Virus record (IMG/VR): IMGVR_UViG_3300020294_000030
Span: 1 to 26,097 of that record
Reading direction: 5' to 3' (one strand)
DNA: 26,097 nucleotides
Origin: a virus
Taxonomy: Duplodnaviria > Caudoviricetes
The notes beneath the pieces are model-generated. The model saw nothing but the letters and a program-made list of their open reading frames with translations, made no database searches and was not told the DNA's origin. Of the stretch, positions 1 through 8,778 are shown piece by piece. Within the stretch, counting starts at the first letter, position 1. The number at the start of each line of letters is the position of its first letter. The translations under genes were made by a program, and so were the position numbers.

Positions 1-2
1 TC

Positions 3-299
3 GTTAAAGAAGTACCTGTTGATGGGTCACTCTATCCTAGAACACAAGGATATCAAAGAGACTCTTGGGAATCAACAGAGAGAGGAGAAAGATCTGAAGC
101 CTGCATCGAAGCAATCGGTGGAGGAAAGCAAACAGGAAGAATTGTCGGTGGTAGCGTTGGTGCTGCTGTTGCTACTACTGGTGTTGCCTCTATTCCTTTT
201 GTTGGTTGGGTGCTTGCTGGTGCTGCTACGATGATCGGAATGGATCAAGGTGCAGAGATCGGTGGTAACATGGCTGAAGACCTTAATAAGGAATGTTGA
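3..299 (+). CDS. 3' part of a glycine-zipper membrane protein (runs in from the left edge)
   Basis: Frame 3 is open from the window start to TGA 297-299: ...SEACIEAIGGGKQTGRIVGGSVGAAVATTGVASIPFVGWVLAGAATMIGMDQGAEIGGNMAEDLNKEC*. It has GxxxG repeats and is followed by a terminator. Not in the ORF track, which lists a shadow frame (19..234). Confidence 0.8.
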   Translation, partial: VKEVPVDGSLYPRTQGYQRDSWESTERGERSEACIEAIGGGKQTGRIVGGSVGAAVATTGVASIPFVGWVLAGAATMIGMDQGAEIGGNMAEDLNKEC

Positions 300-321
300 A
301 AATAATATAAGTTAAAATTAT

Positions 322-344
322 GGGGGTCATAAGACCCCCTTTTT
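322..344 (+). terminator. Rho-independent terminator
   Basis: GGGGGTC-ataa-GACCCCC followed by TTTTT. Confidence 0.9.
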
Positions 345-373
345 GATGTTCTGATGTCCGTACAAATACCTAG

Positions 374-402
374 TTGACAGAACTTTATGTTTGCTATATA
401 AT
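374..402 (+). promoter_or_regulatory. Host sigma70-type (early) promoter for the hli cluster
   Basis: Perfect TTGACA (374-379) - 17 bp - TATAAT (397-402). Confidence 0.9.
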
Positions 403-405
403 ATT

Positions 406-423
406 GTTACATTACTTCACAAA
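406..423 (+). promoter_or_regulatory. HLR1-like (RpaB) direct repeat over the transcription start
   Basis: GTTACATT-ac-TTCACAAA vs HLR1 consensus (G/T)TTACA(T/A)(T/A)-N2-repeat, one mismatch. Lies directly upstream of an hli gene. Confidence 0.65.
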
Positions 424-427
424 GTAA

Positions 428-643
428 ATGACATCATCAACTGCCAAAAGGTATACAACTACCGAGTACGGCAAACAAAACATCTTCGCATCTTCTCCAC
501 AACCTTGGATAGATGACGCTGATAAAGATTATGATTACTGGAAGAATGCAGAACTACTCAATGGTCGCCTAGCGATGATGGGATTAGTAATCGGCATCTT
601 TAATTACACCGTCTTTGGATGGGTAATACCAGGCATAGCATAA
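428..643 (+). CDS. hli: High-light-inducible protein (HLIP), 71 aa
   Basis: AELLNGRLAMMG chlorophyll-binding motif, one TM helix, C-terminal GWVIPGIA. Confidence 0.95.
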   Translation: MTSSTAKRYTTTEYGKQNIFASSPQPWIDDADKDYDYWKNAELLNGRLAMMGLVIGIFNYTVFGWVIPGIA

Positions 644-713
644 AGGCTAAGGTCTTTACACCACTCGCATAGCGAGACACTTTTAACCCTCAAATCTAAA
701 AAGGAGAAACACC

Positions 714-821
714 ATGACACCAGAAGCAGAAAAGTTTAACGGTTGGGCAGCAATGATCGGTTTCGTAGCCGCCGTTGGAGCTTACATGACCACAGGACAA
801 ATCATTCCAGGTATATTCTAA
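714..821 (+). CDS. hli: High-light-inducible protein (HLIP), 35 aa
   Basis: MTPEAEKFNGWAAMIGFVAAVGAYMTTGQIIPGIF*, with SD AAGGAG at 701-706 and the TGQIIPGIF tail typical of multicopy/phage hli. Missed by the ORF track. Confidence 0.95.
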   Translation: MTPEAEKFNGWAAMIGFVAAVGAYMTTGQIIPGIF

Positions 822-916
822 TGGCAGATCTAATAATAAGAGCAAACGGAAGGTTCACTATGGTGGCCTTCTGGATAGGTGTAGCAGTCTACACTAAGTT
901 CACATACTTCAGTTAA
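821..916 (+). CDS. hli: Divergent HLIP-like peptide, 31 aa
   Basis: MADLIIRANGRFTMVAFWIGVAVYTKFTYFS*. TAATG coupling to the previous hli. NGRxxM core and TM helix are present, but the motif Glu is absent. Confidence 0.7.
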   Translation: MADLIIRANGRFTMVAFWIGVAVYTKFTYFS

Positions 917-917
917 G

Positions 918-925
918 TATAAATA
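918..925 (+). promoter_or_regulatory. T4-type late promoter
   Basis: Exact TATAAATA in the intergenic gap 22 bp before ATG 948. Confidence 0.7.
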
Positions 926-932
926 ACTATTC

Positions 933-950
933 GTAACATTACTTCACATG
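933..950 (+). promoter_or_regulatory. Second HLR1-like repeat
   Basis: GTAACATT-ac-TTCACATG. Shares the exact 13-mer ACATTACTTCACA (936-948) with 409-421. Confidence 0.5.
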
Positions 951-1136
951 TCTGACTTCGTAGAAGCAACAGATACTATCTCACCTTTCGTAGCAATCCT
1001 TTGGTGTTTCTATCCAATGGCTGCTCTTGTATTGATAGAACTATTACTTCGTGCGTTTAATAACGATGACGATGATGACGATGGAGGTAAAGGGATACGA
1101 ATAGGACAACCCATTGCAGTACCTTCAGGAGCTTAA
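948..1136 (+). CDS. Small single-TM protein with poly-Asp tract
   Basis: Hydrophobic AILWCFYPMAALVLIELLL followed by NNDDDDDDGGKG; downstream of a late promoter. Confidence 0.75.
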   Translation: MSDFVEATDTISPFVAILWCFYPMAALVLIELLLRAFNNDDDDDDGGKGIRIGQPIAVPSGA

Positions 1137-1138
1137 CT

Positions 1139-1213
1139 ATGCCATTCATTTTATTTGCAGCAACCGTAGCAGTTTTTACATATACAAATGTTGGTAGCCT
1201 CGTACTTCAATGA
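1139..1213 (+). CDS. Putative 24-aa hydrophobic micro-protein
   Basis: MPFILFAATVAVFTYTNVGSLVLQ*. Starts 2 nt after the previous stop, AGGAG upstream, fills the gap. Confidence 0.55.
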   Translation: MPFILFAATVAVFTYTNVGSLVLQ

Positions 1214-1220
1214 TATAATC

Positions 1221-1310
1221 ATGCAGATTCCATCAGAGCATATGCCTCTGGTGGAATTTTTTGGTATGATGACAATCGGCATAACTGCAGGATCCCTTGG
1301 TATAATATAG
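1221..1310 (+). CDS. Putative 29-aa hydrophobic micro-protein
   Basis: MQIPSEHMPLVEFFGMMTIGITAGSLGII*. Fills the gap in a tightly packed + strand run. Confidence 0.55.
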   Translation: MQIPSEHMPLVEFFGMMTIGITAGSLGII

Positions 1311-1330
1311 TATAGTAATCGGTACTCGTT

Positions 1331-1537
1331 ATGAGGCACGAAGACGCACCATTCCCTGAGTATCCTGAGTACATGAACGGACGCTTGAAAAAAATAGACA
1401 TGACTGCTAGACTGTTAAAGTTGAAGCAAGACATTGACAGCAGAATTTGGTATCCTAAATGGGATAGCAAAGAAAGATGGGCAGCACAGCAAGCCCTAAA
1501 TAATGCACTCGATGTACTTGACGAATATGACTACTAA
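1331..1537 (+). CDS. Hypothetical cyanophage protein, 68 aa
   Basis: ORF track; TAATG coupling to the next gene. Confidence 0.75.
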   Translation: MRHEDAPFPEYPEYMNGRLKKIDMTARLLKLKQDIDSRIWYPKWDSKERWAAQQALNNALDVLDEYDY

Positions 1538-1863
1538 TGACTCCAAACATACATGACATACCTGGTATAGGACAGTTCTACACTAAGAAAGAAGTAGATG
1601 GATTAATTAAGGCTGCCGTTGATGAAGCAAGAAGAATAGATGAAGAGTCTATGCGTAAGCATAATCGTGATGCTACTATCATCAGTATGATTCTTGGGTT
1701 TACTTGTCTAGCATTGTTTGTTGATGGTTTGTTAAGAATTTTAGGCATCATCCCACCCTTCGCTGGATTAGATGTTAGTATAGTAGATCAGATTGTAGAG
1801 AAGGTAGAGCATGATATAATACCTCAAGTAGAAAAGTATAAGTCTTATATACCACGGATATGA
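1537..1863 (+). CDS. Hypothetical membrane protein, 108 aa
   Basis: Coupled start; TM segment ATIISMILGFTCLALFVDGLLRILGII. Confidence 0.8.
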   Translation: MTPNIHDIPGIGQFYTKKEVDGLIKAAVDEARRIDEESMRKHNRDATIISMILGFTCLALFVDGLLRILGIIPPFAGLDVSIVDQIVEKVEHDIIPQVEKYKSYIPRI

Positions 1864-1982
1864 TCGACACTTCACCTAGTTCTATTAGAATCTTCGCAGT
1901 AATAGTATTGGGTATCGTGTGGATCTATTTGTTGGTAGAACAATTAGCAATTCAATCAGTCAAAAAAGATAAAAGAAAATGA
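1860..1982 (+). CDS. Putative 40-aa single-TM micro-protein
   Basis: MIDTSPSSIRIFAVIVLGIVWIYLLVEQLAIQSVKKDKRK*. ATGA overlaps at both ends; basic C-terminal tail. Confidence 0.7.
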   Translation: MIDTSPSSIRIFAVIVLGIVWIYLLVEQLAIQSVKKDKRK

Positions 1983-2260
1983 TTTTTCTAATCTCAATAA
2001 TGTCATTCGCAAACTTTGTATTCTATCCATTAGTGGTAGGGTCAATCATTGCAGTGATCATAGAACAGATACTCAGGGCAACAGGTAATGAGTATGATCC
2101 TAAGGCAGTAGGAAAAGTAAATGTTGCTATGGGTGTACGAAAGTATTTGATCAGACAAGCATGGTTATTCAACATCATTTGGTTTGTTGGATATGCTATA
2201 CTATTAGTTATTAACAGACCAGGAGCACAACCAATGCCTGAGATGATTTGGCAAGGATAA
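1979..2260 (+). CDS. Hypothetical two-TM membrane protein, 93 aa
   Basis: Two hydrophobic segments; ATGA coupling. Confidence 0.75.
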   Translation: MIFLISIMSFANFVFYPLVVGSIIAVIIEQILRATGNEYDPKAVGKVNVAMGVRKYLIRQAWLFNIIWFVGYAILLVINRPGAQPMPEMIWQG

Positions 2261-2263
2261 ATA
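2257..2263 (+). promoter_or_regulatory. Late promoter-like ATAAATA
   Basis: gATAAATA 22 bp before ATG 2286. Confidence 0.5.
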
Positions 2264-2285
2264 ACCTTGGTACATATTGGTAATC

Positions 2286-2813
2286 ATGAAGGCAGCAATT
2301 GTAATCGATAATTTTTTAGATGCTGAAAAGTGGAGTGAGATACAATGGTTGACAGGAGATTATCTTACTGCTACAACTTTTGTAGAAAATAAGAGTGGTC
2401 CATTTGATACTGTTAGTGCATATGTAAGACAAAGGATCGAAGATCTGGGAGAGTGGCAGGATCACTGGGAACATACCTTGAGTATGTTTTCTTTTGTTAA
2501 TGGGTTACCACCTGGTATTGATAGAGAGTCTGGTGATGCAGGGAATGGTGGATACCATAGAGACTTTGGTGGATTTGTATATTATATTCATCCTACATGG
2601 GAATCAACATGGGGTGGACATTTAAAATTTAGAAATTGTGATGTAGAACAGATAGAACCAAAACCAAATAGATTTGTATGGATTAATCCAGGTGCTGAAC
2701 ATGGTATAGAAGTTGTTAATGATTCAGCATCACATAATAGAGTGACATATGTAGGATGGCCAGAAGGATGTTGGGATAATACTGCTGGTGACCTGATAAT
2801 AAATACAATATAA
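2286..2813 (+). CDS. 2OG-Fe(II) oxygenase (prolyl-hydroxylase-like)
   Basis: HRD...YYIHPTWESTWGGHL...PKPNRFV...HGI...R pattern. ATG 2286 preferred over TTG 2277. Confidence 0.8.
   Translation: MKAAIVIDNFLDAEKWSEIQWLTGDYLTATTFVENKSGPFDTVSAYVRQRIEDLGEWQDHWEHTLSMFSFVNGLPPGIDRESGDAGNGGYHRDFGGFVYYIHPTWESTWGGHLKFRNCDVEQIEPKPNRFVWINPGAEHGIEVVNDSASHNRVTYVGWPEGCWDNTAGDLIINTI
2799..2805 (+). promoter_or_regulatory. Late promoter-like ATAAATA
   Basis: aATAAATA 21 bp before ATG 2827; GAGG SD at 2814-2817. Confidence 0.55.
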
Positions 2814-2826
2814 GAGGTGGGTATTA

Positions 2827-5307
2827 ATGTCTAAGATTAATCGATACACTAAAGCAATGCGTCAGTTGAAGTCTCCTTTGAAGGAGAGTGTGCCTACAAA
2901 TAGTATGCAGGGGATCTATGTTGCTACCCCTTTTGTAATAACACCACAAGCAGAAATATTAATACAAGGAGTACAGGCTGATTATACTCAAGATGATAGT
3001 GCTGGTGATACTAGTGGATTGTTTGATGCAGAAGGTAATCAGTTAACTGGAGTACCACCAATTACTAATGATAGTCCAGATAATAGTTATATTTTAGGTC
3101 CAATGGCATCCATGTGGTATTCATGGGGTAATTTTTCTACATTTGGATACATTCGTGAGTCTGATCGTAGGATGGTTAATCTTGGTAAGATAACAGGACC
3201 ATTACATACTTGGGATAAGACTAGTAATTTTACTTCATATGGACAGTTAACATTAGAACAGGCTGTATGGTTTACTGAGAATAAAAAGTATGGTGATGTA
3301 GATAATAACTATGCCAATGCAAATTACAGAGCATTTTATCCAGGTCCACCATCATCATCTACAGATGAGCATGGTAGATACTGGTGTACAATAACTGGAG
3401 TACCTAAGGATCCAGACATCCCATATAAACCTGATGATAAGTTCACACCAGGAACTAATATGTCTAGTGATGATCCTGATTCTCCTTTAAATAATATAGT
3501 ACCAGGTTCTGCTAAACCAAAGGGGTGGTTGGATAAGGTTAAGGATGCTGTTGGTGATGCATATAAAAACATAACAACTAATGCAGACTTGCAAAAGGCA
3601 CTTAGAACTGGGGCAAAAATTGCTGATGTTCTTTGGACTGCTGCTGAAGTAGTAACAGGAGCTAAAGCAGCAGAGATAATCGCAGATCTTACATTGAATC
3701 CGTTAGTAGATGCAGCGTTTGGTTTTGGAACTGCTGATAGTGCTGGTGAGTATAATACAACTCTTGCAACATCATTGATGACTACTGTGGTAACTGGAAA
3801 GAATCAACAAATCAAATTAAGTAAAAATGCTAGACAAGATTTGGTTAATAGTATAGACATAAAAGCTTTAGAACAAAATCTTGTACTCTCGAAAAAACCT
3901 AAAGTTAGTTCTGATAATGCAGTGAATCCTAATAGTAATAAAAGTGATGCTGTATTAACAGGTTCTTGGGGTGCTCAAGGTGGTGTGGAAGTTAATTACA
4001 ATCCTGATGATGGTCATTTTACTGTAACTGCTGTTAAAATGTTACGGGATTTTGGAAATTTAGATCAGAAAAATGCTGATGGTAAGATAACAAACTTTGA
4101 AGATATTCCTAACCCAACAACAGATCAGATTAAAAATCTTTTTGCTTCAAAAGGTATGGAAAAACCTTTAAAAAGTTTTTATAATATGGTAGCAAATGCT
4201 GAAATAAAAACAGTAGTAGATGCTGAAGGCATTAAACCATTTGCAGGTGGGTATGATCCAAAAGAAGCAGCAGAATTAATGTACAATGGTTTGCCTGAGA
4301 TAACAAAAGCATTATATAATTTTGCAGTAGAGGGATCAGCATCTAATGCAGTTCATTTAAGAAATAAATTAACTGATGCAGGTGTTTCTCAAAGTGAAAT
4401 TGAAAAAGCAGGTGCTGGATTTGGTGGATATGTTTATTCTCAAGAAAGTTATAGTGGTAGTCAACTTCCAAAAGAAATAAAGAAAGTCATTAATAAAAAG
4501 ATGGATAAGTATTTGGGGTTTGAATCTTATACTGCACCTAAAACAAGGAAACTTCTTAGGGAAATTAAGAAACCTTATGTGATGCCTGAGGAAAAGAAGG
4601 TTAAGTTAACTGGGTACAAACCAAAGCTACCTAACAAAGATAAGATGCGTCAGATAGCAGACTCTATGAATGTACCTGAGAGGGTAACATTTGCTAAGGC
4701 AGAGACTGGTACTTGGAAGGCAGGTGAATTAGAAAGGGGTCGTAAGTCATCTCAAGCTAAAAAGAATGAGGTGTTAGAATTAATGGGTCAAGGTGAAGAC
4801 TCATGGGTTTATATGACTGAGACAAGTAGAAAGAAATCTGGTAAAGCAATGTACGAGAACTTTACTTTAATGAATGAGCAAGGTGTAGGTACATATAAAA
4901 TCAATCGTAAGGAACCATTGCGTTCTGATTTTGTATTGTTCTTAGAGTATCAAGATGGTACTAAGAGTACTATGCTTCAGTCAGAATTGAATGAGAAGAT
5001 GTCAGATCAATCAGAGAAGTGGAGAAAGGATTGGAAGGAACCAATTAAGTATGAAGATCAACCTGCATTTAAGAAGGTCAAGAAGATCTTAAGTAAAGAG
5101 ATTCCGATGAAGGATATACAACCAGAGTTTCCTAAGAAAGCACCACCTAAACTTGATCCTGAGACTCAGATGCATCCTGATATGTTCAAGAGACATGATT
5201 ACTTTACTAAGTTAGATCCTGATAGTGCTAAGACAATGGCAGCAGCACCGACTGGAGATCCTCAGATAGATTCAGAAGTAGAGAAGGCAAAAAAGAAACC
5301 AAAATAG
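2827..5307 (+). CDS. Large modular hypothetical protein (826 aa), possibly a head-packaged internal protein
   Basis: Long ORF after a late-type promoter. Basic N-terminal leader ending LKE-S, Lys/Pro-rich C-terminus. No enzyme motif recognised. Confidence 0.75.
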   Translation: MSKINRYTKAMRQLKSPLKESVPTNSMQGIYVATPFVITPQAEILIQGVQADYTQDDSAGDTSGLFDAEGNQLTGVPPITNDSPDNSYILGPMASMWYSWGNFSTFGYIRESDRRMVNLGKITGPLHTWDKTSNFTSYGQLTLEQAVWFTENKKYGDVDNNYANANYRAFYPGPPSSSTDEHGRYWCTITGVPKDPDIPYKPDDKFTPGTNMSSDDPDSPLNNIVPGSAKPKGWLDKVKDAVGDAYKNITTNADLQKALRTGAKIADVLWTAAEVVTGAKAAEIIADLTLNPLVDAAFGFGTADSAGEYNTTLATSLMTTVVTGKNQQIKLSKNARQDLVNSIDIKALEQNLVLSKKPKVSSDNAVNPNSNKSDAVLTGSWGAQGGVEVNYNPDDGHFTVTAVKMLRDFGNLDQKNADGKITNFEDIPNPTTDQIKNLFASKGMEKPLKSFYNMVANAEIKTVVDAEGIKPFAGGYDPKEAAELMYNGLPEITKALYNFAVEGSASNAVHLRNKLTDAGVSQSEIEKAGAGFGGYVYSQESYSGSQLPKEIKKVINKKMDKYLGFESYTAPKTRKLLREIKKPYVMPEEKKVKLTGYKPKLPNKDKMRQIADSMNVPERVTFAKAETGTWKAGELERGRKSSQAKKNEVLELMGQGEDSWVYMTETSRKKSGKAMYENFTLMNEQGVGTYKINRKEPLRSDFVLFLEYQDGTKSTMLQSELNEKMSDQSEKWRKDWKEPIKYEDQPAFKKVKKILSKEIPMKDIQPEFPKKAPPKLDPETQMHPDMFKRHDYFTKLDPDSAKTMAAAPTGDPQIDSEVEKAKKKPK

Positions 5308-5308
5308 G

Positions 5309-5342
5309 TTGACAAACGCTTAACAAAAGTATATAATAAATA
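5309..5342 (+). promoter_or_regulatory. psbA promoter: sigma70 promoter with overlapping late promoter
   Basis: TTGACA (5309-5314) - 17 bp - TATAAT (5332-5337); ATAAATA at 5336-5342. Confidence 0.85.
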
Positions 5343-5345
5343 GAT

Positions 5346-5425
5346 CGGTGAGGAAATCCTCATCCAATATTCCCCCTAACCAAGACCAAGGGGTTACAAT
5401 GTCTTTTCATACCAACTCTAAACGC
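5346..5425 (+). ncRNA. Structured psbA 5' leader, PhotoRC-II-like cis RNA motif
   Basis: Hairpin TGAGG/CCTCA (5349-5362). Stem CCCCT(5373-77)/AGGGG(5389-93), whose loop AAGAC(5382-86) can pair with GTCTT(5401-05) to form a pseudoknot. Position upstream of a cyanophage psbA fits PhotoRC-II; boundaries approximate. Confidence 0.6.
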
Positions 5426-5436
5426 AATCTTTTTCA

Positions 5437-6519
5437 ATGACAAGTATTACTCGTAAAGAGCAAGGCTTGCTATCTGGATGGAGTGAGTTCTGTGAGTGGG
5501 TTACTTCAACTAACAATAGAATATATGTTGGTTGGTTCGGAGTCTTAATGATTCCATGCTTACTCGCAGCAACTACATGCTTCATCATAGCATTCATCGC
5601 TGCTCCTCCTGTCGATATCGATGGGATCCGTGAACCTGTTGCAGGTTCATTCTTATATGGTAACAACATCATCTCTGGTGCTGTCGTTCCATCATCAAAC
5701 GCAATTGGTTTACACTTCTACCCTATATGGGAAGCTGCTACTCTAGATGAGTGGTTGTATAACGGAGGTCCATATCAGTTAGTAATCTTCCACTTCCTTA
5801 TTGGAATCTCTGCCTACATGGGTAGACAGTGGGAGTTATCATATCGTTTAGGTATGAGACCTTGGATCTGTGTTGCATATTCTGCACCAGTATCTGCTGC
5901 ATTCGCAGTCTTCCTTGTGTATCCTTTTGGTCAAGGATCCTTCTCTGATGGTATGCCCCTTGGTATATCAGGGACATTCAACTTTATGTTTGTCTTCCAA
6001 GCAGAGCACAACATATTAATGCACCCATTCCACATGGCAGGTGTAGCAGGTATGTTTGGAGGAGCACTCTTCAGTGCTATGCATGGTTCACTCGTAACCT
6101 CTTCTCTAATCAGAGAAACAACTGGGTTAGATTCTCAGAACTATGGTTACAAGTTTGGTCAAGAAGAAGAGACCTACAATATCGTTGCTGCTCATGGATA
6201 CTTCGGTAGATTAATCTTCCAGTATGCATCATTTAACAACAGTAGAAGTCTTCACTTCTTCCTAGCATCATGGCCTGTGATCTGTGTATGGTTAACCTCT
6301 ATGGGTATCTGTACAATGGCATTCAACCTTAATGGTTTCAACTTCAACCAGTCTGTCGTAGACGCATCTGGTAAGGTTGTTCCTACTTGGGGTGATGTTC
6401 TTAACAGAGCAAACCTTGGTATGGAAGTAATGCATGAGCGTAATGCTCACAACTTCCCACTTGACTTAGCATCTGCTGAGACATCTGAAGTTGCACTCAT
6501 TGCACCTGCTGTTGGTTGA
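5437..6519 (+). CDS. psbA: Photosystem II D1 protein
   Basis: Unmistakable D1 sequence ([36 protein letters not shown]); 360 aa, no intron. Confidence 0.99.
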   Translation: MTSITRKEQGLLSGWSEFCEWVTSTNNRIYVGWFGVLMIPCLLAATTCFIIAFIAAPPVDIDGIREPVAGSFLYGNNIISGAVVPSSNAIGLHFYPIWEAATLDEWLYNGGPYQLVIFHFLIGISAYMGRQWELSYRLGMRPWICVAYSAPVSAAFAVFLVYPFGQGSFSDGMPLGISGTFNFMFVFQAEHNILMHPFHMAGVAGMFGGALFSAMHGSLVTSSLIRETTGLDSQNYGYKFGQEEETYNIVAAHGYFGRLIFQYASFNNSRSLHFFLASWPVICVWLTSMGICTMAFNLNGFNFNQSVVDASGKVVPTWGDVLNRANLGMEVMHERNAHNFPLDLASAETSEVALIAPAVG

Positions 6520-6544
6520 TTCACAATCAAATATCTGTTATAAT
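6516..6544 (+). promoter_or_regulatory. Sigma70-type promoter overlapping the psbA stop
   Basis: TTGATT (6516-6521) - 17 bp - TATAAT (6539-6544) with extended -10 TGn. Confidence 0.6.
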
Positions 6545-6546
6545 GT

Positions 6547-6571
6547 GGGGGTCTAACGACCCCCTTTTTTT
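6547..6571 (+). terminator. psbA terminator
   Basis: GGGGGTC-taac-GACCCCC + T7; same stem as 322-339. Confidence 0.92.
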
Positions 6572-6661
6572 ATGCACTTATTATTAACATTGATTTGTAT
6601 TGGTCTAATAGCATTAGCAATTGTATTTTCAATTCTTAACCGTTACGACCCACATGGATAA
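6572..6661 (+). CDS. Putative 29-aa single-TM micro-protein
   Basis: MHLLLTLICIGLIALAIVFSILNRYDPHG*; overlaps the next start by 8 nt. Confidence 0.6.
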   Translation: MHLLLTLICIGLIALAIVFSILNRYDPHG

Positions 6662-6908
6662 AATAGATACACAAGGGATGAGTGGTCCTCCTACCAGAGG
6701 AGGTAAGGATAATGTATTTCCTAAGGATGAAAATGGTGAACCAATTTATCCACCATTCAATCCTACACCATTACCATTACTTGAACCTAAACTTAGGGAA
6801 GAACTTAAGGTATTAATTAATGAGGTTCTCGATGAGAGAGAATATCAAAAAAGACTGAACGGACCGTATGATATATACGAAGAAGATCGACCCATTGGGA
6901 CTGCGTAA
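6654..6908 (+). CDS. Hypothetical protein, 84 aa (MDKIDTQGMSGP...)
   Basis: ATG 6654 preferred over TTG 6621; TAATG coupling to purN. Confidence 0.7.
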   Translation: MDKIDTQGMSGPPTRGGKDNVFPKDENGEPIYPPFNPTPLPLLEPKLREELKVLINEVLDEREYQKRLNGPYDIYEEDRPIGTA

Positions 6909-7412
6909 TGAGACTAGGTGTTATGTGTTCTGGCAACGGAACTAATTTCGAGAACATAGTTCACTCATGTCCTAAGCATGATGTTGTGCTTATGGTATAC
7001 AATAAGAAGAAAGCGAAAGCTGCTAAGAGAGCAGAGAGATTAGACATTCCTTCATGCTATTGTAAGAATGAAGATGATATCATTACATTGTTTAATGCGT
7101 ATCAGGTAGACATGATTGTCATGGCAGGATGGATGAAGATAGTCTCCAAAAAATTCACTGATGAATTTGCTGGTAGGATTATTAATTTACATCCTTCTTT
7201 GTTACCTAAGTATAAAGGACTACATGCTGTAGAGCAAGCACTTGAAGCTCGTGAAGAGGAGACAGGGTGTACAGTACATTTTGTTAACGAACATCTTGAT
7301 TCAGGTGCTATAATAAAACAACAAGTTGTACCTATTCTACCTGGTGAAACTGTTGAGTCATTGACTAGAGCAATTCAACAGGCAGAACATTACCTTTTAC
7401 CCCTAGTGATCA

Positions 7413-7423
<11 letters not shown>
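6908..7423 (+). CDS. purN: Phosphoribosylglycinamide formyltransferase
   Basis: SGNGTNF, MAGWMKI, INLHPSLLPKYKG, TGCTVHFVNEHLDSG. Confidence 0.93.
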
Positions 7424-8744
<1,321 letters not shown>

Positions 8745-8747
8745 AGA

Positions 8748-8754
8748 ATAAATA
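8748..8754 (+). promoter_or_regulatory. Late promoter-like ATAAATA for the tail gene block
   Basis: Intergenic aATAAATA 24 bp before ATG 8779. Confidence 0.65.
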
Positions 8755-8778
8755 ACTTGGAAGCGTCTAGCCTAGATA

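Noticed and set aside
19-234. 71-aa Leu/Val-rich ORF from the track
   Set aside because: Shadow frame of the glycine-zipper gene (3..299); the poly-Leu/Val comes from reading GCT/GGT codons out of frame.
1151-1470. Minus-strand ORFs 1151..1339 and 1219..1470
   Set aside because: Antisense to a fully tiled + strand run; no motifs or initiation signals.
5309-5327. HLR1-like repeat in the psbA promoter (TTGACAAA-cgc-TTAACAAA)
   Set aside because: Spacing is 3 rather than 2, both halves mismatch, and the first half is simply the -35 box.
5437-6519. Group I intron or homing endonuclease in or after psbA; psbD
   Set aside because: psbA is a continuous 360-codon frame, and the downstream ORFs show no endonuclease or D2 motifs.
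322-6571. Identical GGGGGTC/GACCCCC stems at 322 and 6547 as element boundaries
   Set aside because: Both are ordinary intrinsic terminators after stop codons; the flanks share no further similarity.
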